64,000 nucleotides of DNA, taken from an uncultured delta proteobacterium. GTDB lineage: Bacteria; Myxococcota; UBA727; VGSZ01. The stretch covers positions 256,001 to 320,000 of the forward strand of contig CAVZJB010000011.1 of assembly GCA_963775425.1 (NCBI GenBank), given 5' to 3'. Shown here piece after piece: positions 30,135 to 40,056 of the stretch (positions are counted from its first letter, which is position 1; each line of letters opens with the position of its first letter). Both the position numbers and the translations under genes were made by a program. The notes under the pieces are model-generated. The model saw nothing but the letters and a program-made list of their open reading frames with translations. It was not told the DNA's origin and made no database searches.

Positions 30135-30484
30135 AGACCGCCGCCGTCGCGCTCGCCGCCGGCGCCGTCGCCGCGTTCGTGGTGACCGTGATCCCGATGC
30201 CGCTTTGGTATCTGCCGCTCGCGCACGAGCTCGCCGCCGGCGCCAAGCCCCACGGCCTCGTCATCGATTACTACGGCCGCGTCGTCGCCGTCGTCGTCGC
30301 TCTCGGCGCCGGCGCGGCGGCGGGGCACGCGTTGCGCGCGAAGGTGTCGGCGCGGCTCGCGATGCTGTGCCTGACGTGGGCGGGCTTCGCGTTGGTGATG
30401 TCCATGGCGCTCGCGCTGTTCCACGTGTGGGGGCGCCCCCTTCACCCGCTCTCCCTGCCCGCGGTGCCGCACGATGCTCCCTGA
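30131..30484 (+). CDS. Small membrane protein
   Basis: GTG 30131 overlaps the upstream stop (GTGA); three hydrophobic segments; 'PLWYLPL...DYYGR'. Confidence 0.65.
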   Translation: MKTAAVALAAGAVAAFVVTVIPMPLWYLPLAHELAAGAKPHGLVIDYYGRVVAVVVALGAGAAAGHALRAKVSARLAMLCLTWAGFALVMSMALALFHVWGRPLHPLSLPAVPHDAP

Positions 30485-31415
30485 AGCACCGACCCGGTCG
30501 GCTCCCCTCGCCGGCGCGTCCCGGCGCCGGGGTGCCGTCGTCGCGCCGCGCCTCGGCCTCGTGGCACGGGGACGCGCGGGCTCCACCCGCCGACCCGTTC
30601 GGTGCTCGCGCGTGGCGCTGTTCGTCCTCGTCGTCGTCGCCGGCGCCGGCGCCGCGCAAGAGCCGGCGCGGGCCTCGCCGCGCTTCGAGGAGCTCGCGTT
30701 CGCCCTGAGCACGAAGCCTGCGCCCGAGGCCGTCGCGAGGATGCGGCGCTTCGTCGACGCGCACCCGGGCGGGGAGGACGCCGCGCGTGGCCTCGTGTGG
30801 ATCGCGCGGCTGAAGCTCGACGGCGGCGATCGCGCGGCGGCGCGGACGACGCTCCACGAAGCGCAGGTCATTCGCACCAGGACGGGGCGCGAGGCGCTGC
30901 GCCTGGCGGCGGCCATGGACCTCGAGGACGGCCACCTCGGCGCCGCCGAGGAGGAGAGTCGCGCGCTGGCCGCGTGCGAGGAGCCCCGGCAGGCGGCGGC
31001 GGGGCAGCGGATGCTCGACGCGATCCGCTCGCGCAGGTGGCACCGCTTCGCTCTCATCGCCGTGATCTTCGCGCTCGTCGTCGACGTCGGCCTGCGCGCG
31101 TGGCGCTCAAAGCGCGGGCTGTGGCCGCCGCCCTTCGAGGCGCAGGCCGCGGGGCCCGTGCTCGGGCTCTTGGCGGTGCTTGGCGCCGTCGAGCGGCTGA
31201 AGGAGCTGCCGGCGATCGCCGCGCTCGCCGCCGGCGGCGTCGTGCTCCTGTGGGCGCGCGGGGCGCACCGCTGGGCGCGCCCGCTCCGGCCGGCGCTTCG
31301 GGTCGCCGACGCGGCGCTCGCCGTCGTCGAGACGCTGGCCCTCGCGTGGGCGGTCTTCGAGGGCGCCGGCCTCGTCGACAAGCTCGCGCTCTTCTTCACG
31401 GCGGGGCCGGCATGA
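30474..31415 (+). CDS. Membrane protein with an N-terminal TPR-like helical region
   Basis: 'FVDAHPGGEDAARGLVWIARL' is TPR-like; about four C-terminal TM helices; start uncertain. Confidence 0.6.
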   Translation: MLPEAPTRSAPLAGASRRRGAVVAPRLGLVARGRAGSTRRPVRCSRVALFVLVVVAGAGAAQEPARASPRFEELAFALSTKPAPEAVARMRRFVDAHPGGEDAARGLVWIARLKLDGGDRAAARTTLHEAQVIRTRTGREALRLAAAMDLEDGHLGAAEEESRALAACEEPRQAAAGQRMLDAIRSRRWHRFALIAVIFALVVDVGLRAWRSKRGLWPPPFEAQAAGPVLGLLAVLGAVERLKELPAIAALAAGGVVLLWARGAHRWARPLRPALRVADAALAVVETLALAWAVFEGAGLVDKLALFFTAGPA

Positions 31416-31783
31416 GCGGCGCAAAGCACCCCGGGGGCGCGCGCGCCGTCGACGGCGGCGTCGACGACGGCGTCGACGACGGCGCCGGCGCGGCACGTGG
31501 CCGCGCGTGCCACGAGGACGCCCCGCGGGCGCTGTGGGTGGCGGAGGCGCTCGAGGCGCACTCGGGGGCGTTCGGCGTCGACGTCACGTTCCTCCTGCTC
31601 GGCGGCGCCGCCACCGTCGGCCTCACCCTGGTGCTGTCGTCGCTCCTGCGACGGCCCGGGCGCGTCGAGCTCATCGGCGGGCCTCCGAGCGATCTGCTCC
31701 GCGCCCGCCACGAGGGCGCGCCCGAGGACGAGGGCGCCCGCGCGCCCCACGACGCGAGCCCCGCCGGCGAGGAGGGCGCGTGA
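31412..31783 (+). CDS. Hypothetical protein with a single TM helix
   Basis: ATGA overlap with the upstream gene and GTGA overlap with the downstream gene; TM 'VTFLLLGGAATVGLTLVLSSLL'. Confidence 0.5.
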   Translation: MSGAKHPGGARAVDGGVDDGVDDGAGAARGRACHEDAPRALWVAEALEAHSGAFGVDVTFLLLGGAATVGLTLVLSSLLRRPGRVELIGGPPSDLLRARHEGAPEDEGARAPHDASPAGEEGA

Positions 31784-32541
31784 GGGTGCGGGTGGAGCGC
31801 TTCGGGGGCCTCGTCGACGACGGTGAGCGCATCGTCGCCGTCAACCGCGCGGCGATGCGCGCCCTGGGCGTCGCCGACAGCCCGCTGTGGGCCGCCCCCG
31901 CCGACGACGCCACGCTGTCCGCGCCGCTCGTCGCGCACGTGCTGCTGTCCCGGCGCTGCCCCGGCGGCTGTTGGTATTGCTCCGTCGACGCCACCGCCGA
32001 CGGCGAGGAGATGTCGCTCGAGACCGGCCTCGCCGTCCTCGACGACCTCGCGCGCCGCGGGGTCTTCACCGTCGCCTTCGGCGGCGGCGAGCCGCTGCTG
32101 CACCCGCATGTGCTCACCCTCGCGCGCCACGCCAAGGCCCGCGGCCTGAACGTCACCATGACGACGTCGGGCGTCGGCCTGCCCGCGGCCGTCGACGCGC
32201 TCGCGGTCTTCGACGCCATCCACGTGAGCCTCGCACCCTGCGGCGTCCCCGCCCTCGAGCGCCTCGCCCCCGTCCACCCGCGCGTGGGCGTGAACGTCCT
32301 CGTGACGCGCGACACGGACTACGCCGCCGTCGCCGCGCTCGCCCGCCGCCTGAAGCTCCACGCCGTGCGCCTGCTGCGGCTGCGCCCGGAGGGCCGTGCG
32401 CTCGGCATCGTCGACGACGCGGCGCCCGATATGCGCCTCCTCGCGGGCCTGCGCGTCATCGTCGACAGCCCGCGTCCGGGGGCGATGTGCACCGTCGACC
32501 CGGCCGGGATGTGGATATCCGGATCCGATCCCGGCCGCTAA
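31780..32541 (+). CDS. Radical SAM protein (PqqE/MftC-like core, SPASM/twitch domain largely absent)
   Basis: 'SAPLVAH...RCPGGCWYC', 'FGGGEPLLHP', 'MTTSG'. Confidence 0.85.
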   Translation: MRVRVERFGGLVDDGERIVAVNRAAMRALGVADSPLWAAPADDATLSAPLVAHVLLSRRCPGGCWYCSVDATADGEEMSLETGLAVLDDLARRGVFTVAFGGGEPLLHPHVLTLARHAKARGLNVTMTTSGVGLPAAVDALAVFDAIHVSLAPCGVPALERLAPVHPRVGVNVLVTRDTDYAAVAALARRLKLHAVRLLRLRPEGRALGIVDDAAPDMRLLAGLRVIVDSPRPGAMCTVDPAGMWISGSDPGR

Positions 32542-32552
32542 AAGCCCGCGAG

Positions 32553-33932
32553 ATGCTGCGCGCTCTCCCGCTCCTCCTCGCCGCCCTCGTCGCCGGCGGC
32601 TGCACGATCATCACCATCGTTCGCCATCACCACCACGCGGGCGCGGGCGCGGACGCCGGGCCCGGCAGCGAGTGCACCCCGTGCCTCTCCGCCGACGACT
32701 GCACCGACGGCTCCTGTGTGCAGATCGGCAGCGACGACTTCTGCGCCGGCTCCTGCGAGAGCGACGCCGACTGCGCCGACGGCGAGACCTGCAACTCCGC
32801 CGTGTCCTCGAGCGGCGCCGACGTGCAGGTGTGCGTCCCGACCTCGGGCACCTGCGGCGACCAGGGCGGTTGCGACTGCGCCGCCGGCGAGGTCTGCGAT
32901 CCCACCACCGGCAGTTGCGTCGTCCCGCCCGACAACGGCTGCGGCTCCCTCGTGCCACCGGACGGCGTCGCCGGCTGCCACTCCTGCGGCAGCGGCGACT
33001 GCCAGGCCAACGGCTGCTTCGGCGGCTGGTTTTGCGACACCGACGGCAACCACTGCCGCCCCCCGCCCGACGGCTGCGGCGAAGAGGTCTTCGACGTCCC
33101 CGACGCCGGCCCCATCACCGGCTCGGTGACCGCGCAGGGCGGCACCGTGAACCGCCTGTTCTTCGCCGTCGTCGGCGACACGCGCCCGCCGGACGTCAAC
33201 CAGACCGACCAGTACCCCACCGACGTCATCGAGCAGATCTACGACGACATCGACAGCCTCGACCCCAAGCCGCAGTTCGTCCTCACCACGGGCGACTACA
33301 TGTTCGCGTCGAAGAACGGCTCCCAGGGCGCGCTGCAGATCGCCAAGTACGCCACCGCCGCCGCCCGCTTCCACGGCGGGCCGGTGCTGCCCACGCTCGG
33401 CAACCACGAGTGCACCGGCTACACGCGCGACAATTGCGCGACGACGACGACGCACAACCTCACGGCGTTCCGCCAGACCCTCGTCGACCCGCTCGGCCTC
33501 GACCTCTATTACGTCGTGCCTGTCACGGGGCCCGACTGGACCGCCAAGCTGGTCGTCACCGCCTGCAACGCGTGGGACGCCACGCAGAAGAATTGGCTCG
33601 AGGACCAGCTCGCGTCGCCGACGACGTACACGATCGTCGTGCGCCACGAGCCCTCGAGCGCCGACACCGCCCCCTGCGTCACCGAGATGGATGACGTCCT
33701 GCAGACGGCGCCCTACGACCTCCTCCTGGTCGGGCACACCCACACGTTCTCGCATACGGGCAAGCAGGTCGTCGTCGGGAACGGCGGCGCCCCTCTCACC
33801 GGGAGCGCGCCCTACGGCTTCGCGACCGTGGAGCTGATCCCCGGCACCGGCTTTCGGATCAGCGAGCTGGACGCGAGCACCAACGCCCCGATCCGGACCT
33901 TCGTCCTCGCCGGCGCCCCGTCAGGCGGCTAA
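32553..33932 (+). CDS. Lipoprotein: Cys-rich N-terminal region plus calcineurin-like metallophosphoesterase
   Basis: Lipobox 'VAGGC'; many Cys; motifs 'GDTR', 'TGDY', 'GNHE', 'RHEP', 'GHTH'. Confidence 0.88.
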   Translation: MLRALPLLLAALVAGGCTIITIVRHHHHAGAGADAGPGSECTPCLSADDCTDGSCVQIGSDDFCAGSCESDADCADGETCNSAVSSSGADVQVCVPTSGTCGDQGGCDCAAGEVCDPTTGSCVVPPDNGCGSLVPPDGVAGCHSCGSGDCQANGCFGGWFCDTDGNHCRPPPDGCGEEVFDVPDAGPITGSVTAQGGTVNRLFFAVVGDTRPPDVNQTDQYPTDVIEQIYDDIDSLDPKPQFVLTTGDYMFASKNGSQGALQIAKYATAAARFHGGPVLPTLGNHECTGYTRDNCATTTTHNLTAFRQTLVDPLGLDLYYVVPVTGPDWTAKLVVTACNAWDATQKNWLEDQLASPTTYTIVVRHEPSSADTAPCVTEMDDVLQTAPYDLLLVGHTHTFSHTGKQVVVGNGGAPLTGSAPYGFATVELIPGTGFRISELDASTNAPIRTFVLAGAPSGG

Positions 33933-34027
33933 CGGCCGGGGCGATCGCCGGGAGATCGGCTCCGAGGACACTGTGAGGCGTTCTGCCTTTTCAGGGATTT
34001 AGACCCGAGCGGCGACGCCGGTCACTT

Positions 34028-34043
34028 TGGCCCATCCATTGCT
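34028..34043 (+). promoter_or_regulatory. Putative sigma-54 (-24/-12) promoter
   Basis: TGGCCCATCCATTGCT: GG at 34029-30, 10-nt spacer, GC at 34041-42; one mismatch to TGGCAC-N5-TTGCW; about 80 nt upstream of ATG 34125 in an AT-richer intergenic gap. Confidence 0.75.
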
Positions 34044-34124
34044 CGCATGGGGCGATTACCCGTCTACAAGTGTGCTTGGGTGTGCCATATGCGTACATCC
34101 CGTGATCTCGGAGAGGTCCCCCTG

Positions 34125-35465
34125 ATGCGCAAGACTCCCCCCGTTCTCCTGCTCGCCCTTGCCTTGGCAAGCGCAACTGGAGCGCGCGCAACCACCGACG
34201 ACCCCCAGAAGAACCAGCAACCGAAGAAGGACAATCCCGGCTTGCTGGCCGACGGCGAAGCCCCCGTCCTGGCGCCGGCGGCGCAGGCGGCGGCGGCCCC
34301 CTCGGCGGCCCCCTCGGCGATGGCGGCCCCCTCGGCGATGGCGTCGGCGGGCACGCCGATGGCGAGCGCGCCGGTGGCGCAGGTCGGTGACGACGCGGGC
34401 AAGGACAAGAAGAACAAGTTCCCCCTCAGCGGCGGCGTGAGCATCGAAAACGCCTTCGGCGAGGGCTTCCTCGGCAACCAGGGCAACGGCGTCGACGTCC
34501 CGGTCCAGGGCAGCCAGCAGAACCTCCACTTCGCGCCCGCGCAGGCGGAGCCGTTGTGGAGCACCTCGCTCGGGCTGCACGGCAGCGCGGCGCTGCCCAA
34601 GGCCGACTGGATGCCGAGCAAGATCGGCCTCTCCACCGGCATGAGCCTCAACATCGCCAATTGGCTCCCCGCCTACTCGAACGGCACCGCCTTCGAGCGC
34701 GAGATCCAGGTGAGCGACATCAGGGTCGGCGCCTCCATGGGCCAGGCGTTCAAGGAAGAGTTCACGGGCATCACCGCGTCGCCGCACATCTCGGCGCGCC
34801 TGCCCATCTCGCTCGGCTCGCGGCAGCGCAGCCTGCTCACCTCGGCGTCCGTCGGCCTCGGCATCGGCTGGACCAGCCCCGAGTGGAGCTGGGGCCAGAT
34901 CGGCGTCGACTACAGCCCCGCCGTCGCGTTCAACCTCTACTACGGCGCCGCCACCACGGTCCCCGGCGTCGGCGACGCCGCCGTCGGCAACAACGTTCCG
35001 ACGGACCCGGTCACGGGCGCCACGCTGCCCATCGCGTACTGCCGCACCACCGAGCAGCTCGCGGCCACCGGCGAGTGCGAGCTGGGCGGCCGCCGCGGCC
35101 TCGCCAGCATCCAGAACTCGCTGAGCGCGTCGTGGAGCCTCGGCAACCACAGCGTCAGCGTCGGCCTCGGCTTCAGCCACGGCTTCCTCGCGCCGCTCTC
35201 CAACCACCCGGAGCTGTCGTCGCAGAACGCTTCCGGTCAGAACTTCAGCGAGTCGAGCAACGGCAGCATCGGCTACAGCTACAACCTGCCCGCTGACCTC
35301 ACGGGCGCCGCCCACGTGAGCCTCAGCGTCGGCCTTGGCGGCGGAGGGCCCGCGTGGTTCACCGCGGACGACGGCAACCAATACCTCCGCTTCCCCTTCT
35401 GGAACTTCGGAACTCCGAAAACCAACATGAGCTCCGCCTCTTTCGGCATCAGCGTCGGCATCTGA
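34125..35465 (+). CDS. Predicted outer-membrane beta-barrel protein of unknown family
   Basis: Sec signal '...ATGARA', Ala/Pro/Ser linker, many alternating amphipathic strands ('SVSVGLGFSHGF', 'IGYSY'), C-terminal strand 'ASFGISVGI'. Confidence 0.75.
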   Translation: MRKTPPVLLLALALASATGARATTDDPQKNQQPKKDNPGLLADGEAPVLAPAAQAAAAPSAAPSAMAAPSAMASAGTPMASAPVAQVGDDAGKDKKNKFPLSGGVSIENAFGEGFLGNQGNGVDVPVQGSQQNLHFAPAQAEPLWSTSLGLHGSAALPKADWMPSKIGLSTGMSLNIANWLPAYSNGTAFEREIQVSDIRVGASMGQAFKEEFTGITASPHISARLPISLGSRQRSLLTSASVGLGIGWTSPEWSWGQIGVDYSPAVAFNLYYGAATTVPGVGDAAVGNNVPTDPVTGATLPIAYCRTTEQLAATGECELGGRRGLASIQNSLSASWSLGNHSVSVGLGFSHGFLAPLSNHPELSSQNASGQNFSESSNGSIGYSYNLPADLTGAAHVSLSVGLGGGGPAWFTADDGNQYLRFPFWNFGTPKTNMSSASFGISVGI

Positions 35466-35479
35466 GGAGAAATCACCGT

Positions 35480-38400
35480 ATGCGTACCCTCTCCATTCCT
35501 CTCCTGGCGGTCGTCGCCATCGTCGCCCTCGGCGGGTCGTGCTCGTATCGCAATCCGACGCTCAATCGGATCGTGGACCCCTACTGGAAGAAGGCGGACT
35601 TCACCGCGGCAAACGAGTGGTACTACCGCACCACCGTCGTCGACGCTCCGCCGGAGTCCGGCTTCATCTCGGTCGCCGACGGCGACTGGCTGATGCTCGA
35701 GAAGATCCGCTGGGAGGTCACCGAGAACATGCTCATCGGGTGGCGCAGCTACCCCGTGGTTCCCGGCAGCGACCTCGACAACTACCCAGGCTCCGACGAT
35801 GTCTACAAGGGTGAGCCGGTGGCGATGTTCCGCATCACCGACCACTTCGACATCAAGCAGGGCTTCGACCCGGGCACCGGGGAGAAGACCAACCAGATCG
35901 TCGAGAACCACGACCGCCAGTGGTTCGACCGCGCCTACTTCCGCGTGAACTGGTCGGTGAACCTCGTCCCCACCTACAAGTTCCACATCGAGCTCACCCA
36001 GATCTTCAACGACTACGCCGTCCAGCAGAACGACCCGGGCGACCCCAAGCGCTGGCGCTTCGAGGACGACGACAAGGGCAACCTCGATTACTTCGAGATC
36101 ACCGACCGCACGCAGGTGATGCCCGACATCTACTCGTACTTCGGCTTCTACGGCGTGCCCTACCAGGGCGACACCTCCGGCGCCCTCATCGACATGCGCC
36201 ACAGCTTCATGCGCGTGCCGGCCTCCGACTACCAGCCGCTGCCCATGCCGCCGTCCGTCGTGCTCGAGGACGCCGACGGCAACGAGGTGCGTGACAGCAA
36301 GGGCTTCGCGGTGCGCGTGCCCATCAACGACCGCTTCGGCTTCTTCGGCACCCTCGGCCGCAACACCTTCGACGAGAACCGCGGCATCGTGCAGTCGGGC
36401 CAGATCTTCAACGCGTCGCGCTTCAACATCTGGAAGCACCACAAGAACCCCGACGGCACCATCATCCCGACGGACCAGCGCGAGCCCAAGCCCATCATCT
36501 ACTACACCAACGTCGAGCACCCCGAGGCGCTCATGCACGGCAGCCAGCGCGTGGCCGACGAGTGGAACCGGGCCTTCCGCGACACCATCTGGAAGCTGCA
36601 GCCCAACAAGTACAGCGGCGAGATCGACGCGACGGGCATCCCGAGCGACGTGCCGCAGATGTTCATCCTCAAGCGGAACGACTGCAACTTCGACAACGTG
36701 AAGAGCCACCTCGACGGGCTGTCGTCCGACCTCAGGAAGCAGATCGCGGGCGACGCCGTCCGCAAGAGCTTCAACCCCGAAGTGGTTCCGTTCGACGGCA
36801 CGCTCGCGGACGCCAAGGCGCGCTTCGACGAGGCCAACGATCCGAACAACACCGCGCCGTTCACCTCGCGCCAGTCGGAGGAGACCCAGGCCCTCAACGA
36901 CCTCGAGCGCATCTGCTCCGCGCTCGAGTACGTCACCGGCGGGGACCCCACCCTCGGCATCGCGCCGGCCACCAAGGACGACGGCACGCCCGTCGCGCCG
37001 TTCAGCTACGAGCGCCTCGGTGACACGCGCTACTCGATGCTCGACCTCATCGTCGGCAACTTCCAGTCCGGCTGGGTCGGCCTCGGGCCGCCGTACTCCG
37101 ATCCGATCACCGGTGAGACCATCTCGGGTACCGCCAACATCGCCGTCTCCGGCCTCGACCGCATGGCGGCCCGCGCCGCCGAGTACGTCGGCATCATCAA
37201 CGGCGAGGTCTCGCCCACCGACCTCACCTTCGGCTTCGACATCGACCGCTACATGAAGCAGAAGCTGCTCGAGACCAACGCGCTGACCTCCCTCAAGCCG
37301 GACAACCGCGCCAAGGAGCAGCTCCACACCTACTTCAACGCTCTCAAGCAGCGTGGTGGTGGCGACGTGATGGCCAACGCCGTCGGCGAGGTCCCGCCGG
37401 GCCGCTTCGACTCGCAGGCCTCCAAGCTCGTGGGCACCGATCTCGAGCAGAAGCTCATCACGCCGGACGACCTCATCGCCTTCGGCAAGGTCGACCCCCT
37501 CGCCGCCGACGGCGCCGCCCTCGACGACAGCATGATGAACGCGGTCTCGCCGCTGCGCGGCAACAACCTGCTCAAGAACCTCATCGAGAAGAACCGCCGG
37601 ATGGTGAACATGGGCATGCGCGCCATGGATCCGCCGGAGTTCATCGACGACCTCCTCATCGGCCAGGCCATCAAGTACCGCGACCTGCCGTACAACGAGC
37701 GCTTCAACCGCCTGCGCGAAGACATCTACGTCGCCATCGCGCTCCACGAGGTCGGCCACACCACGGGCCTGTTCCACAACATGGCCGGCACGTCGGACGC
37801 CCTGAACTACGGCACCGCGTTCTGGAACATCCAGAAGCTGCCGGCCGACATGGAGGACGCCATCACCGCCCTCGCCGGCGCCAGCGACCCGCGCTCGCAG
37901 GACGAGCTCACGGCGCTGCAGCGCTGCGTGGACGCGGTCAACGAGATCGGCTCCACCGGCGCCACGAGCACGTTGCCGCCCGAGGCCCTGCAGATGAACA
38001 CGCAGGACTGCCTCGAGCAGGAAGAGACCATGTACTCGTCCATCATGGACTACCAGGCCAACTGGACGAACAACTCGGACTTCGGTGGCCTCGGTCCGTA
38101 TGACCTCGCCGCCAACAAGTTCGCGTACGGCCAGCTCCTCGAAGTGTTCAACGACGGCGCGCTCAACCAGACGTCGGATACGCGCTCCATCAAGCGCCGC
38201 ATCTTCCTGAACGGCTGGGAGAACATCGCGCAGGACGTGACGCTCCCCGACGGCACCGTGGCGCCCAAGATCGTCAACGGCATCGACGAGATCTACGACC
38301 GCACCTACGTGAAGATGGACTGGAACACGTCGTCGACGCGCCAGGCCCCGCTCCCGAACGAGGTGCCCTACAAGTTCGGCTGGGGCGCGGGTTACACGCC

Positions 38401-40042
38401 TGACGAGAAGCCGTTCGACTTCGGTCCGGACTTCCGCACCAACGCGAAGAACGAGATCACGCGCTACTTCCAGCACTACTTCTTCACGCACTTCATGCGT
38501 GATCACCTCAACGACTACTTCAGCAACGGTGAGACGAGCGCGCTCAACAGCGACCTGCAGACGATGCTCGACTTCACCGAGAAGATGCAGTGGCTGTTCT
38601 TCTTCGAGGCCACCGACCCCGACTTCCCCGGCAGCCACGCCGAGGATGACCTCCTGGGTGCGACCATCACGGGCCTCAACCTCTTCGGCAAGATCGTCGG
38701 TCACCCCGCCAACGGGCAGTACGTGACGGCGCAGAAGGCGGACATCTTCGGTCTGCTCGACCTGCCGACGGACCAGCGCAACCAGGAGCCGTCCGACATC
38801 GCGTTGCCGTACTCCAACCTCGGTCGCTGCTCGGCGCGCCAGGTGGCCATCACCGGCGCCACCGTGGCCACCCCGGACATCTGCTTGCAGGACTCCGACT
38901 GCAGCGACGCGACCAAGGGCCGCCCGGACATCTGCGGTCCCGACGGGCACACCTGCGTTTGCGACGTCGCGCACAACACCTGCATCGACACCCAGGACCC
39001 GACGGACGGCATCTTCGTGAGGCCCAAGCCGGGCTACAACGCCACGGTGGTGCCGCAGTCGGAGGGCCGGCCCTTCTTCCTCGGCTTCACCGACGACTAC
39101 GAGGACTGGTACGTGACCTACGTCGGCACGTTCTGGACGAAGATCTACGCGCTCGACCTGCTCGGCTACAACAACGCGTTCTTCCCGCGCGCGGACTTCT
39201 ACGCGGACCCGCGGATCTACGACGTGAGCTGGTACCGGCTGTTCCCCAAGCAGGTGAGCAAGATCTTCTACGACTTCATCACCGACAAGGTGCAGGACCT
39301 CGGCCCCACCATCGACGCCGACGGCAACTACGTCTCGCGTGACCTGTTGAACGCGGACCTCACGGAGCCGGATTACTCGGGCAACACCAAGATCATGCCG
39401 AGCATCTCGTTCAGCCAGCAGTACTACGCGCTCATCTGGGCCAACCTCTGGATGAACTCGCCCACGGACGACACCCTCGACCTTCCGAAGTCGATGAAGG
39501 TGGCCCTCCAGGGCGGCAACGACGACACCAGCGCGTTCGACTCGGCCATCTCCCAGAGCTGCGGCGCCGCCTCCGACCCGAGCGCGGACGTCGACGGCAA
39601 CGGAGTGCGCGACTGCGAGGAGGCCGTGGTGGCCACCTTCACCCACCCGATCAGCGGCCTCACCTACCGGGGCCTCAAGGTCGGCGACAACCCCATCGCC
39701 TACGACCTGGTCAAGCGCTTGAACCTGCTGAAGGATCGCTTCCAGCACCTGGACGCGTGTGACGCCGACATGCAGGCGGACCTCGCGGACGACGGCGACC
39801 CGACCAACGTGTCGGCCGGAGGCGGCCTGCACCAGAGCGACCCGTACTGCGCATGCATCGACAACTACGTCGACTACGTGAGCGGCGACTGCACGCGGCA
39901 GTCGGTCGAGACCGTGGGCAGCGGCCTGTGCCAGCCCTACGTGCTCGACAATCGTCGCGACTCGGCGCGCGAAATCATGGATGACCTCGTCGACTACGTC
40001 GGGGATCTCCGTTCCCTCAACAAATACCTCGGCTGGTACTGA
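35480..40042 (+). CDS. Giant lipoprotein zinc-dependent metalloprotease (metzincin, EcxA-like), paralog 1
   Basis: GAGGAG RBS; lipobox 'LGGSC'; 'HEVGHTTGLFHN'; Met-turn 'YSSIMDY'. Confidence 0.88.
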   Translation: MRTLSIPLLAVVAIVALGGSCSYRNPTLNRIVDPYWKKADFTAANEWYYRTTVVDAPPESGFISVADGDWLMLEKIRWEVTENMLIGWRSYPVVPGSDLDNYPGSDDVYKGEPVAMFRITDHFDIKQGFDPGTGEKTNQIVENHDRQWFDRAYFRVNWSVNLVPTYKFHIELTQIFNDYAVQQNDPGDPKRWRFEDDDKGNLDYFEITDRTQVMPDIYSYFGFYGVPYQGDTSGALIDMRHSFMRVPASDYQPLPMPPSVVLEDADGNEVRDSKGFAVRVPINDRFGFFGTLGRNTFDENRGIVQSGQIFNASRFNIWKHHKNPDGTIIPTDQREPKPIIYYTNVEHPEALMHGSQRVADEWNRAFRDTIWKLQPNKYSGEIDATGIPSDVPQMFILKRNDCNFDNVKSHLDGLSSDLRKQIAGDAVRKSFNPEVVPFDGTLADAKARFDEANDPNNTAPFTSRQSEETQALNDLERICSALEYVTGGDPTLGIAPATKDDGTPVAPFSYERLGDTRYSMLDLIVGNFQSGWVGLGPPYSDPITGETISGTANIAVSGLDRMAARAAEYVGIINGEVSPTDLTFGFDIDRYMKQKLLETNALTSLKPDNRAKEQLHTYFNALKQRGGGDVMANAVGEVPPGRFDSQASKLVGTDLEQKLITPDDLIAFGKVDPLAADGAALDDSMMNAVSPLRGNNLLKNLIEKNRRMVNMGMRAMDPPEFIDDLLIGQAIKYRDLPYNERFNRLREDIYVAIALHEVGHTTGLFHNMAGTSDALNYGTAFWNIQKLPADMEDAITALAGASDPRSQDELTALQRCVDAVNEIGSTGATSTLPPEALQMNTQDCLEQEETMYSSIMDYQANWTNNSDFGGLGPYDLAANKFAYGQLLEVFNDGALNQTSDTRSIKRRIFLNGWENIAQDVTLPDGTVAPKIVNGIDEIYDRTYVKMDWNTSSTRQAPLPNEVPYKFGWGAGYTPDEKPFDFGPDFRTNAKNEITRYFQHYFFTHFMRDHLNDYFSNGETSALNSDLQTMLDFTEKMQWLFFFEATDPDFPGSHAEDDLLGATITGLNLFGKIVGHPANGQYVTAQKADIFGLLDLPTDQRNQEPSDIALPYSNLGRCSARQVAITGATVATPDICLQDSDCSDATKGRPDICGPDGHTCVCDVAHNTCIDTQDPTDGIFVRPKPGYNATVVPQSEGRPFFLGFTDDYEDWYVTYVGTFWTKIYALDLLGYNNAFFPRADFYADPRIYDVSWYRLFPKQVSKIFYDFITDKVQDLGPTIDADGNYVSRDLLNADLTEPDYSGNTKIMPSISFSQQYYALIWANLWMNSPTDDTLDLPKSMKVALQGGNDDTSAFDSAISQSCGAASDPSADVDGNGVRDCEEAVVATFTHPISGLTYRGLKVGDNPIAYDLVKRLNLLKDRFQHLDACDADMQADLADDGDPTNVSAGGGLHQSDPYCACIDNYVDYVSGDCTRQSVETVGSGLCQPYVLDNRRDSAREIMDDLVDYVGDLRSLNKYLGWY

Positions 40043-40056
40043 GAAGGAGGCGAGCC

